Positions 28,402 through 37,030 of a stretch of 48,154 bases of DNA are shown here, one piece after another; position 1 is the first letter of the stretch, and each line of letters starts with the position of its first letter. Under the pieces are notes generated by a model that did no database searches, had not been told where the DNA came from, and was given only the letters and a program-made list of their open reading frames with translations. The stretch is from Candidatus Bathyarchaeota archaeon (GTDB lineage Archaea > Thermoproteota > Bathyarchaeia > TCS64). Both the position numbers and the translations under genes were made by a program. The stretch spans positions 1 to 48,154 of the forward strand of contig JBDRQD010000064.1 in the NCBI GenBank assembly GCA_043826455.1, read 5' to 3'.

Positions 28402-28758
28402 TTAACTGCAAAAGGGGCAGTTACTGGCAGAGTCACAGTACTTGTCGGCGTGCCTCTCCACGATCCTGATGAGAGCCTCCACCGTGTCCCTGTTCAAGGA
28501 CACATACTTCTCCTTACCCCTCTTCTCCGAGACCACAAACTTACACCTCTCAAGAATCTTCAGGTTGTGGCTCACCATGCTCTGCTCCTGGCCCAGCTCC
28601 TTGGCCAGGCCACTCACGTTCATCGACCCCTCCCTCAGCCTCTCTATTATGGCGAGCCTGGTTGGGTTCGCCAGCGTGCTGAAGAAGCCGTAGCATATCT
28701 CGTTCAGTCCTTTCTTCAAATCCTGTCCCCTCGGGCACGTCGCGGAATCTATTTTCAA
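28402..28758 (-). CDS. ArsR/SmtB family regulator (paralog of 27962-28336)
   Basis: Shares CYGFFSTLANPTRLAIIE and LGQEQSMVSHNL; ends YCDSASNCPFCS. Confidence 0.92.
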   Translation of the reverse strand: MKIDSATCPRGQDLKKGLNEICYGFFSTLANPTRLAIIERLREGSMNVSGLAKELGQEQSMVSHNLKILERCKFVVSEKRGKEKYVSLNRDTVEALIRIVERHADKYCDSASNCPFCS

Positions 28759-28946
28759 GTTACTCTTCCCTTTATAAGTTAAATGATGCAGTGAAAGTAA
28801 TGTTTGAAGAAATATTGGAGCGTCTTGGGCGGCTCGGGTTAAAAATACTTAAGACCATCCAGACGATATGATGTGAGGCACCTAGATGAGGGTCACCGAG
28901 GCGTACACCGGCAACGATCCTTTCAACGAGTAGGAGGAGTCACTTA

Positions 28947-29795
28947 TTGTCTCAGCTCTACACCATCAACCACCCCTCGATAACCCTTGAGCTCGCCATA
29001 GTTGAGATAAGCACTCTACATATCCACGAGGAGATAATACCCTCCTTCATGGAAGCCCTCAGGAAGAAGATATCAGAGGACGGCGTCTTCGTCCACCCCA
29101 TCATCGTCGACAAGGAGACCCGTGTGGTCCTCGACGGCATGCACAGGGTGGCAGCCTCGAAGGCGCTGAGCTTCCGCCACATCCCCGTCTGCTTCGTAGA
29201 CTACAACAACCCGCACATCCTGCTCAGGTGCTGGTACCGGACGTTCAGGGACCTTGAAGCCGAGGAGATAGAGGAGACCATGAGGAGGCTCGGTCTCAAG
29301 TACGAGTGTATGGACCTGGACTCCGCCCAGAGGATGGTGAATGAAAGGAAGAAGGAGATGGCCCTACTCACAAAGGCGAGAGCCTACGCCGTCGATGATC
29401 ACATCGACGCGGAGGCCATCTACGCGAATGTGAAGAGGATGGAGAAAGAGTTCTCCAGGAGCCACGTCATGGGCTTCGCCTCGGAGCAGGAAGCCAAGGA
29501 GAAGGTTCTCAGAGGTGAGCTGTCCGCCTGCATAGCTGCCCCCGCCCTGTCCAAGGACGAGGTCACTGTGGTCGCCAAGGCGGGCAGGGTGTACCCTCAG
29601 AAGACCACTCGCCACGTCATACCGGCCCGCCCCATGGGGGTCAGGGTGCCCACCGGGTGGCTCGTCACAAGACTAAGTGAAGGGGTGCTCAACGAGAGGC
29701 TCAGGGTTCACCTGTCCTCCATGACTCTGAGGCCGATGCCCCCGGGAACGGTCCTGGACCGGCTCTACGAGGAGCCCCTCTACGTGTTCGAGTAG
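28947..29795 (+). CDS. serK: ADP-dependent free-serine kinase SerK-like (ParB/Srx fold)
   Basis: HEE, PII, LDGMHR, VDY, WY, K.EV...A..G..YPQKTTRH as in SerK/SbnI family; GGAGG SD before TTG. Confidence 0.75.
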   Translation: MSQLYTINHPSITLELAIVEISTLHIHEEIIPSFMEALRKKISEDGVFVHPIIVDKETRVVLDGMHRVAASKALSFRHIPVCFVDYNNPHILLRCWYRTFRDLEAEEIEETMRRLGLKYECMDLDSAQRMVNERKKEMALLTKARAYAVDDHIDAEAIYANVKRMEKEFSRSHVMGFASEQEAKEKVLRGELSACIAAPALSKDEVTVVAKAGRVYPQKTTRHVIPARPMGVRVPTGWLVTRLSEGVLNERLRVHLSSMTLRPMPPGTVLDRLYEEPLYVFE

Positions 29796-29864
29796 GCGTC
29801 CGTTTACTCGCGCCACTCGGCTACGGTGGTATAAACCCTACTTGTGAAAAGAAGATGATGGCAG

Positions 29865-31166
29865 CTAGAAGTAGAGCTTGTTCAGGGTCCCGTCCATGAC
29901 CTTCAAGCCGCCCATGTAGGGCTGCAAGGCCTTGGGCACCTTTACTATCCCGTCCTCCTGCTGGTGCTGCTCCATGATGGCTATCATGGTTCGGCTCGTG
30001 GCAAGCGCAGTGTTGTTCAGAGTGTGGACGAAGCCCTCAGGGGCAGCGCCCTCCTTGAGCCTGTACTTGACGTTGAGCCTCCTAGCCTGGTAGTCGGTGC
30101 AGTTGCTGTTGCTGCCCACCTCGCGGAACTCGCCGTCGGCCATCCACACCTCCGTGTCGTACTTCTTGGCCGCGATGCTGCCTATGTCCCCTGTGCAGAC
30201 GTTCACCACCCTGTAGTGGAGGCCCAGCCCCTGGTAGAGCTGCTCACAGTTGCGCTGAAGCTCCTCGTGGAGCTCCCAGCTCTGCTCGGGCAGCGAGAAG
30301 ATGAACTGCTCCACCTTGTGGAACTGGTGCACCCTGAAAAGGCCCTTGGTGTACTTGCCGTGGGCCCCTATCTCTTTCCTGAAGCAGGGGCTGATGCCTA
30401 TGAGCTTGATGGGCAGGTGCTCGGCCAGCAGGGTTTCGTCCTGTAGCATGGCCCCCATGGCGTGCTCCGAGGTAGCTATGAGGTACAGGTCCTCGCCGTC
30501 CACCTTGTACATGACGGACTCGAAGTCGGACAGGTCGGTGACTCCCTCGTAGGCCGCCCTCTTGATCATGTAGGGGGGCTCTATGAGGCTGTACCCCCTC
30601 TTCAGGAGGTAGTCGATGGCGTACATCTGTATGGCGTGGTTCAGCAGGGCCAGCTCGTTCCTCAGGTAGTAGAACCCTGACCCGGCGGCCTTGGCGCCGC
30701 GCTCGAAGTCAGCTATGCCCAGGTCGGCCGCCAACTCGGCGTGGCTCCTGGGGGTGAAGCTGAACTCGGGCTTCCTGCCCCAGGTCTTCACCACCACGTT
30801 GTCGTGGTCGTCCTTGCCATAGGGCACCGAGTCGTGGAGCATGTTGGGCAGACGCATGAGGCCGTCCCTGAGCTGCTCCTGGCTGATGCTCATCAGGGAC
30901 TCCACCTCGCTAAGCTTGGAGGGTATCTCCGCGGCCTCCACCCTTAGACTCGAGGCGTTGAGCCCCTCCTTCACCGCCTTGCCGATCTCGGATGATATTA
31001 TGTTCCTCCTTCGGCGTAGTTCGTTGACCCTCTGCGTGAGCTCCCTCCACTTCCTGTCGGTCTCTATGACGCGGTCTAGGAGCTCCAGCTTCTCCGGGTC
31101 GTGTCTTCTGGCTAGGTTCTCCCGCACTTTTTCGGGGTTTTCTCTGATGAGCTTTACGTCTAGCAT
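29865..31166 (-). CDS. serS: Serine--tRNA ligase
   Basis: MLD.K.IRENP, YLIATSEH, CFRKE.G, RVHQF.KVEQF, S.SNCTDYQARRL, HTLN.TA.A. Confidence 0.98.
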   Translation of the reverse strand: MLDVKLIRENPEKVRENLARRHDPEKLELLDRVIETDRKWRELTQRVNELRRRRNIISSEIGKAVKEGLNASSLRVEAAEIPSKLSEVESLMSISQEQLRDGLMRLPNMLHDSVPYGKDDHDNVVVKTWGRKPEFSFTPRSHAELAADLGIADFERGAKAAGSGFYYLRNELALLNHAIQMYAIDYLLKRGYSLIEPPYMIKRAAYEGVTDLSDFESVMYKVDGEDLYLIATSEHAMGAMLQDETLLAEHLPIKLIGISPCFRKEIGAHGKYTKGLFRVHQFHKVEQFIFSLPEQSWELHEELQRNCEQLYQGLGLHYRVVNVCTGDIGSIAAKKYDTEVWMADGEFREVGSNSNCTDYQARRLNVKYRLKEGAAPEGFVHTLNNTALATSRTMIAIMEQHQQEDGIVKVPKALQPYMGGLKVMDGTLNKLYF

Positions 31167-31299
31167 CCTTAGCCCACGCAACAGAATGGATGGGGTTACA
31201 CCCATTTAGAGGTTATGAGCCACTTTCACGTAGCCCCCCTCCTGAGCGCTGTGCGCACCGTTTAAAATCGGCGGCGGCGAGTCAGCCAAGTGACAAGGC

Positions 31300-31485
31300 A
31301 TGTCGAACTACGAGATGGGTGCATTCGAGGCATTGGAGTGGGCGTGGAACCTTCTCAGAACACAGAGCAGCGGGGGCAGCGTCAACGAGGCCACGGTCCG
31401 CATACAGGAGATGCTCTTCACCCTGGGCTCAGGCAACCCCGTGAACTTCAGGCAGAAGACCAGCGACCTGAAGACCCTATCTTAA
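31300..31485 (+). CDS. Small hypothetical protein
   Basis: TATA-like TTTAAAA upstream; host-like codons; MSNYEMGAFEALEWAW. Confidence 0.65.
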   Translation: MSNYEMGAFEALEWAWNLLRTQSSGGSVNEATVRIQEMLFTLGSGNPVNFRQKTSDLKTLS

Positions 31486-31531
31486 AATATATGCCGGGGG
31501 AGCTTGTCCTAATGGATTAGGGGGCATATAG

Positions 31532-32218
31532 TTGGAGATTAGGCGACTCAGCCTTATAGAGGGCTCCAGGAAAGCGGCGGGCCTGGCCGTGGTCATCGAC
31601 GTTTTCAGGGCCTTCACCACGGCCGCCTACGTCATGGCCAACGGCGCCCAGTGTATCCACCCCGTGGGCACCCTTGAGGAGGCCTTCAGGCTCAGGGAGC
31701 TGAACCCGGGCTGGGTCCTCATGGGGGAGCGGGGCGGTAAGCCTGTGCCTGGCTTCGACTACGGCAATAGCCCCCACGAGGTCCGGGACGTGGACTTCTC
31801 GGACCGCGTCGTGGTTCAGTCCACCAGCGCGGGCACCCAGGGCATAGTGAACGCGTCGGGCGCCGACGAGATATTGCCGGGGAGCTTCGTTATGGCCGAC
31901 GCTATAGTGAACTACATCAGGAAAAGGAACCCCAGGGTGGTGAGCCTGGTGGCCATGGGGTGGAGCGGCAGGGAGAGGAGCCCAGAGGACGAGCTTCTGG
32001 CCGAGTACATAGAGACCAGGCTCAGGGGCGACGAACCCGACTTTGAGGCCATGGTGGATCAGATCAGGGCCCATCCGGAGGGCGCCAAGTTCTTCGACCC
32101 CACGCGCCCCGAGTTCCACGAGGGCGACTTTCACTGCGCCATGGACCTGAACAGGTTCAGCTTCTGCCTGAAGGTGGTCCCGGGCTCGCCCCTCACCATC
32201 GTCAGGTGCGATCGGTAG
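31532..32218 (+). CDS. comB: 2-phosphosulfolactate phosphatase family protein
   Basis: VVIDVFRAFTT, GERGG....FD.GNSP, TSAGT, EDEL.A. Confidence 0.88.
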   Translation: MEIRRLSLIEGSRKAAGLAVVIDVFRAFTTAAYVMANGAQCIHPVGTLEEAFRLRELNPGWVLMGERGGKPVPGFDYGNSPHEVRDVDFSDRVVVQSTSAGTQGIVNASGADEILPGSFVMADAIVNYIRKRNPRVVSLVAMGWSGRERSPEDELLAEYIETRLRGDEPDFEAMVDQIRAHPEGAKFFDPTRPEFHEGDFHCAMDLNRFSFCLKVVPGSPLTIVRCDR

Positions 32219-32255
32219 GTTCTTAGAGGGGCCTCTCCTCTGTTCTTTAGACGGG

Positions 32256-32681
32256 ATGAAGGTTTCTGACGTCATGGTCCGGGACCCCGTCAAGGTCAGC
32301 CCGGACGCCCAGTGTGGGCACCTAGCCCGCCTGATGAGAGACAGGGGCATCGGCAGCGTTGTGGTGGTGGAGGACGGCAGGCCCGTGGGCATAGTCACGG
32401 AGAGGGACCTGGTACACAGGGTCATGGCCGTGTCCATGAACCCCGAAAAATGCACGGCGGCCCAGGTCAGCAGCAGGCCGGTGGTGGCCGTCAGCGTCCA
32501 CGCCGATGTGGAGATGGCCGTGGACTTGATGAATGATTACAGGATAAGGCGCATAGTGGTGGTGGACGACCTAGACAGGGTGGCAGGGATACTCACCACG
32601 GACGACCTGGCCAGGAACCTCCGCCAGATGTCAGAGGAGCTGGCCGTCAAGTACATGATCCTGTCCCAGAGGAAACCCTAA
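32256..32681 (+). CDS. CBS-pair protein
   Basis: V.DVM, IGSVVVV...P.GIVTERD, IRR..VVD....GILT..D. Confidence 0.92.
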   Translation: MKVSDVMVRDPVKVSPDAQCGHLARLMRDRGIGSVVVVEDGRPVGIVTERDLVHRVMAVSMNPEKCTAAQVSSRPVVAVSVHADVEMAVDLMNDYRIRRIVVVDDLDRVAGILTTDDLARNLRQMSEELAVKYMILSQRKP

Positions 32682-32689
32682 CCCCCTTT

Positions 32690-33508
32690 TTATTGGGTGG
32701 GTGCCGGCTTCAGTCTCTCGGCGTCCCACAGGTCCATGATCCTGTTGCTCAGCTCGGCCTGGAGCACGAAAAGGGTCTTGGCGTAGCCCTTGGGGACGAA
32801 TATCCTGATCTTGTAGCTGCGGCCGAAGTGGGTGCTGGCCTCGAAGTAGGCCTCAGGCTTCCTCAGCATCACCTTGGGGTACTTCTCGGACAGCTCCTCG
32901 ATGGCGGGCCTGATGCACCTGGCGAGCACCTCCTCGTTCTTTATTGGCACCATATGGGGTAAGGTGAACACGAATGTGTTCTTGATGAAGCCCTCGTGGG
33001 TGCAGTTCAGGACCCTGCTGTTGAGCACCTGGACGTTAGGTATCTCCAGGAGGTTGAACGTCGGCGTGTACAGCTTGGTGTAGTTGATGCTTATCTCCTC
33101 CACCTGGCCCTCCGCGTCCCCTATCTTCACGTAGTCCTTGACCCTGAAGGGCTTGCTGACGATGACGTAGAGGCCGGCCGCAACGTTGTTGATGGTCTGG
33201 CTGCTGCCGAAGCCCAGGACTGCGCCTATGAGGGCGCTGCTGCCCACGAAGTACTGGCCCGGCACCTCGTATACGGTGAAGGTGGCGGAGACGGCCACGA
33301 TGATGGCCGCGATGCGCAGGAAGAGGCGGATGACGTTCTCCACGTGGGGGTCCACCATCTTCTTCTTGGCGGCGCCGGAGACGAAGAGGCTGACAAGCTT
33401 GTAGAGGGCGAAGACTACGGCCAGGTACAGGGTGACCTGGACCAGCTTGGGACCGTGGAACGTGACTATGTCTTGAATGGATGCCAGCAGGGGTGAGTCC
33501 ATGGACAT
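32690..33508 (-). CDS. Small-conductance mechanosensitive channel family protein
   Basis: LGFGS..TI.N..AG....KPF.V.D.V.I, G.V..I...YT, IPN. Confidence 0.9.
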   Translation of the reverse strand: MSMDSPLLASIQDIVTFHGPKLVQVTLYLAVVFALYKLVSLFVSGAAKKKMVDPHVENVIRLFLRIAAIIVAVSATFTVYEVPGQYFVGSSALIGAVLGFGSSQTINNVAAGLYVIVSKPFRVKDYVKIGDAEGQVEEISINYTKLYTPTFNLLEIPNVQVLNSRVLNCTHEGFIKNTFVFTLPHMVPIKNEEVLARCIRPAIEELSEKYPKVMLRKPEAYFEASTHFGRSYKIRIFVPKGYAKTLFVLQAELSNRIMDLWDAERLKPAPTQ

Positions 33509-33565
33509 ACCTTTGTGGAGGCTATTTTAAATGCATCTGGGTCCTATCCGGCTCCAGCCAACGGG

Positions 33566-33655
33566 CTAGAGGTATAAGGCGCCCTCATAGAAATTACAGG
33601 CCTTTTCCAGGCTCTCCACGCCAACGGCCACGTCCCTGTTGGCGACGAATCTCAC
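33566..33655 (-). pseudogene. Truncated VOC/glyoxalase N-terminal fragment
   Basis: VRFVANRDVAVGVESLEKACNFYEGALYL* matches the VOC start (h.V.dle.A..FY...L), then stop with no recognisable continuation. Confidence 0.5.
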
Positions 33656-33782
33656 GTAAAGACCGGTTAAACCGTGTCGTTTAACGGTTCCCGTCACCGG
33701 AAGGGCTGTTTTATGGGTTAGATAACTACAAAACCCTATATTATACCATATATCAAGTAGTAGTGTTCTCGGGTGAGCAACA

Positions 33783-34100
33783 ATGGTAGAGTTCTGTGAC
33801 AGGTGCGGCTCCTTCATGCAGATGGGACTCAAAGGCTACGAGTGCCCACGCTGCGGCTGGGAGAAGATAGCCGCTGTCATAGAGATGAAGTCGGGACCCG
33901 AGAACGAGGCCGAGCCCGTGTACGTCATGAGCGGCACCGACAGCGCCATAGTGGTGCAGAGGGCGTGCCCCGGCTGCGGAAACATGGAGGCCTACAAGAC
34001 TATAACCGTGGCCCTGGGGGAGCACGCCGGCGTGGCGACGGACCGGAGCGTGGAGAAGTACAGGTGCGCCAAGTGCGGCCACACCTGGGTCGTCAACTAG
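33783..34100 (+). CDS. TFS/RpoM-like double zinc-ribbon protein with non-canonical hairpin
   Basis: FC..CGS.M, C.RCG, CP.CG...AY, Y.C..CGH.W; lacks QTRxADE. Confidence 0.85.
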   Translation: MVEFCDRCGSFMQMGLKGYECPRCGWEKIAAVIEMKSGPENEAEPVYVMSGTDSAIVVQRACPGCGNMEAYKTITVALGEHAGVATDRSVEKYRCAKCGHTWVVN

Positions 34101-34531
34101 CGTGGACTGACCTTCACGTTTATGGGTATGCCCTGCTCGATGCTCTTGCTCACTATGCAGAAGTCCTCGAAGAGGCCGCTGCACCGTTCAAACTGCTTCT
34201 GGTACTCGCCGGGGACCTCAGGGATGATCTCCACGTCCACCCCGGCTATCCTCCACCTGCCCTGCTCGTTGCGCTTCATGACGCCGTTGACCCTGGTCTC
34301 GATGCCCCCCACCTCGGCCCGCGCCTTCTCCAGGCAGAACAGAAGGCTGGCCGTAAGGCAGTTGCCCATGGCCGCCGCCAGGACCTTGCTGGCGTTGGGG
34401 CCCGTGTTTTCTCCCACGGGGGCCGGCTCATCCATGACCAGGCTAGACGAGCCTATGCCGAAGTCCACCTCGAACCTGTAGCCGTCCAGACGCTTCATCT
34501 TGACGCTGAAGGATCTATCCTCTTCACTCAT
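34097..34531 (-). CDS. OsmC family protein
   Basis: DEP...G...GP.....LAAA..NC...S, FCIVSKS. Confidence 0.9.
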   Translation of the reverse strand: MSEEDRSFSVKMKRLDGYRFEVDFGIGSSSLVMDEPAPVGENTGPNASKVLAAAMGNCLTASLLFCLEKARAEVGGIETRVNGVMKRNEQGRWRIAGVDVEIIPEVPGEYQKQFERCSGLFEDFCIVSKSIEQGIPINVKVSPR

Positions 34532-34569
34532 AGAAATCAAATAAGCCAGGGATGGGCTGAATTTAACGG

Positions 34570-34797
34570 CTACTGCTCGGGGCCTATGGCGCTGTACTCC
34601 TCCGGGTGCTCCCGTTTGTACTTGGCTTCGGACAGGTACCCGCCGGCGAAGAAGCCGAAGCCCAGGAGCACGAAAACCCATATCATCCACTCGATGCTCG
34701 CGTCGCCTGTGGCCGTGATCCTCCACACCAGGAATATGCAGGCAGCCGTGCACAGGGCGGCTCCGGCGAACATGAGGGTCCAGGGTTTTAACTCCAA
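34570..34797 (-). CDS. Small two-TM membrane protein
   Basis: Two hydrophobic segments; host-like codons from TTG at 34797 (start uncertain). Confidence 0.6.
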   Translation of the reverse strand: MELKPWTLMFAGAALCTAACIFLVWRITATGDASIEWMIWVFVLLGFGFFAGGYLSEAKYKREHPEEYSAIGPEQ

Positions 34798-34921
34798 AGG
34801 GCGGCCACCAGGATAGGTTAAGTCTCTGGGCCGGAAAAGGCTTCCCTCAAGCCTTTCCCGTGGATCGAGTTCAGGCGTCGCCCCTGGAAACCCATAAAGC
34901 TGTCTGAGCCAGGTTAAACCC

Positions 34922-35413
34922 ATGTCATCCATGCGCCGCAAGGACAAGGAGATCACCGAGAGGGTGGTCATCGAGGAGATACTCAGAGAGAACCAGGTGG
35001 GCCGCCTGGGGACAGCCGTAGACGGCCAGCCCTACATAGTGCCCATGAACTACGCCTACGTGCAGGGAAGAATACTCATGCACACCCACAGGGACGGCAA
35101 GAAGGTCCGCGACATAAGGGTGAACCCCCGGGTCTGCTTCGAGGTGGACAGCGGGGAGATGATAGAGGGTGACGACCCCTGCGGGTACAGCTGGGAGTAC
35201 AGGAGCGTGGTGGCCCACGGGGACGCCAGGATAGTGGAGGACCCGGCTAAGAAGCTGGAGGTCCTGCGTATAATAAGCGACAAGTACGCCTTCGGCAAGG
35301 GCCAGAAGCTCACCCGGGAAGCCGTGGACAGGTTCAAGGACCTGGTGGTCATCGAGGTCACGGTGACGGGGATGACGGGGAAGATGAGCCCGGCTAAGCC
35401 AAAAGAGTCGTAA
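34922..35413 (+). CDS. Pyridoxamine 5'-phosphate oxidase-like FMN-binding protein (NimA-like)
   Basis: MRRKD.EI, PYIVP.NY, H...G.K...I..NP.VCF, Y.SV...G, GK. Confidence 0.9.
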   Translation: MSSMRRKDKEITERVVIEEILRENQVGRLGTAVDGQPYIVPMNYAYVQGRILMHTHRDGKKVRDIRVNPRVCFEVDSGEMIEGDDPCGYSWEYRSVVAHGDARIVEDPAKKLEVLRIISDKYAFGKGQKLTREAVDRFKDLVVIEVTVTGMTGKMSPAKPKES

Positions 35414-35608
35414 TTACGACCCTTATTTTTCTGGCGTCAAGAGAGACTTGTGCGTAATTACAGACGAAATCTTCTAACTGCCTTCAGACACTGAAATAAA
35501 GGTCGTAATTACACCCTTTATTTTCCATGGCCAGGTTTTTTGTACGTAATTACGTACGAAATTTAGCCCTCAGGTCGTAAAATAAAGGACGTAATTACGA
35601 TCGAAATT
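35407..35608. repeat. Array of five CGTAATTAC-cored palindromes (REP/BIME-like)
   Basis: Cores at 35409, 35453, 35504, 35545, 35590; perfect palindromes GTCGTAATTACGAC and GTACGTAATTACGTAC. Confidence 0.9.
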
Positions 35609-35629
35609 ATTTAGAAGCCGCGCCGGCGG

Positions 35630-36457
35630 CTACTTCTTCCAGGTCTGGTACCAGCGGCCGTAACTCCGCTTCACCCACTCCGGCCGATCCGACTTATACA
35701 GGACTGGGTAGTCGTAGCCAGCTGCCTCCTCCTCGGTGGCCCCCTCCTCTATGAGGCCCCGCATGATCCACCTGGTCTCCTTGAACCACTTTAGCTGGCG
35801 CCTCACTTCCTCCTTGTCGCAGAGGGGTCCGTGGCCCGGCACTATCCTGTCCACGTCCATGTCCAGTATCATCTGGAACGCCCTGATCCAGGCGTCGGGG
35901 TCCGCGGTGGGGTCCCCGGCCCAGGGGAACCTGCCCACGAAGAGGAGGTCCCCTGCGAAGAGGGTCCTGTCCTCGGGGACGTAGACGACGCTGCTGCAGT
36001 CGGTGTGGCCACCAGTATGGATGAGCTCGACGCCGCCCAGGCTCCACCTGTCCTGGAAGGTGTCGGTGGGTAAAACGATCCTCAGTCCCTCGAAGAGCCA
36101 CCACCGCTCCGGGGTGTCCCTCCTGACGGTCTCCAGCATCTTCTCCAGGTTCCCTGGGGCCCACTCGTTCCCCAGGCTGACCTCCATCTTCTCCCTGAGC
36201 CTGCGGTGGGCCACTATCTTCAGGTCCTGGAACACCATGTTGCCGAAGACGTGGTCCCCGTGGATATGGGTCAGGAGCAGGTGACTCAGCGGCTTCTCGG
36301 TGGTCTCCATGATGGCTTCCCTGAACTTTCTAGCGCTGCCCGGGTACTGGGCGTCCACCACCAGCACCCCGTCATCCAGCTCCACTATGCCTACGTTGCC
36401 CCCGGTCTCGCCGTCCCAGTTGGCGTAGACTCTGTCTGACACCTTGTTCAGCTTCAT
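35630..36457 (-). CDS. Metallo-beta-lactamase-fold hydrolase (cyclase-like)
   Basis: THIHGDHVFGN, GGHT, FAGDL, VPGHG. Confidence 0.92.
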   Translation of the reverse strand: MKLNKVSDRVYANWDGETGGNVGIVELDDGVLVVDAQYPGSARKFREAIMETTEKPLSHLLLTHIHGDHVFGNMVFQDLKIVAHRRLREKMEVSLGNEWAPGNLEKMLETVRRDTPERWWLFEGLRIVLPTDTFQDRWSLGGVELIHTGGHTDCSSVVYVPEDRTLFAGDLLFVGRFPWAGDPTADPDAWIRAFQMILDMDVDRIVPGHGPLCDKEEVRRQLKWFKETRWIMRGLIEEGATEEEAAGYDYPVLYKSDRPEWVKRSYGRWYQTWKK

Positions 36458-36503
36458 GAACGCTTCAAATAATATGGGGTGTAACCCTTAAAAATGTGAC
36501 CGG

Positions 36504-36962
36504 CTAGGAGACGTAGAACTTTGCCTCTCCTTCCGGGAGCTCCTGCTGGATCATCTCCTTGAGGCTGTTCAGCAGGTCGGGCTGGATCTCGGCCACGTCT
36601 ATGAGGCTGAGGATGCCCACCAGCCTGTAGTTGCCCTCCTCCTGCTCGAGGACGGGCAGCTTCTTGATGCGCTGGGTGAGCATGAGCTCCACGGCTCTCT
36701 CCAGGGGCTCCTCTGGGCCAACCACGATTACGGGCTCGGACATGATCTCCTTGACCTTCACCTTCTGGGGGTCCAGGCCCATGCACACCACCCTGGATAT
36801 GATGTCCTTCTCCGTGAGTATACCCTTGAGGCCCTCCTTGGACAGCACCAGGAGGCTGCTGATCCCGAACATGGTCATCCTTCGGGCGGCGTTCTTTACG
36901 TTCTGGGTGGGCTCGATGGTGACCACCTGGGGGGTCATAACGTCCCGTACAGTTAACACCAA
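36504..36962 (-). CDS. CBS-pair protein
   Basis: VRDVM, GILTEKDI, V.EIMS, IKKLPV...LVGI....D. Confidence 0.92.
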   Translation of the reverse strand: MVLTVRDVMTPQVVTIEPTQNVKNAARRMTMFGISSLLVLSKEGLKGILTEKDIISRVVCMGLDPQKVKVKEIMSEPVIVVGPEEPLERAVELMLTQRIKKLPVLEQEEGNYRLVGILSLIDVAEIQPDLLNSLKEMIQQELPEGEAKFYVS

Positions 36963-37030
36963 GTTGGCTCTCCTTTGACCTCCTGGGCCGTCTTAAAAGA
37001 AATTATGGAGCGGTAACATGAAGCACTACG

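Noticed and set aside
28947..29795. Chromosome-partitioning ParB
   Set aside because: No HTH/dimerisation region or parA neighbour; WY and KTTRH motifs fit the SerK family better.
28886..29795. Pyrrolysine/selenocysteine readthrough
   Set aside because: The upstream ORF's TAG is out of frame with the kinase. TAG and TGA end full-length conserved genes throughout the window, and no recognised gene is split by an in-frame stop.
35407..35608. CRISPR array
   Set aside because: The conserved core is only 9-10 bp, the units alternate between two types, the period is 41-51 bp, and no leader or cas genes are present.
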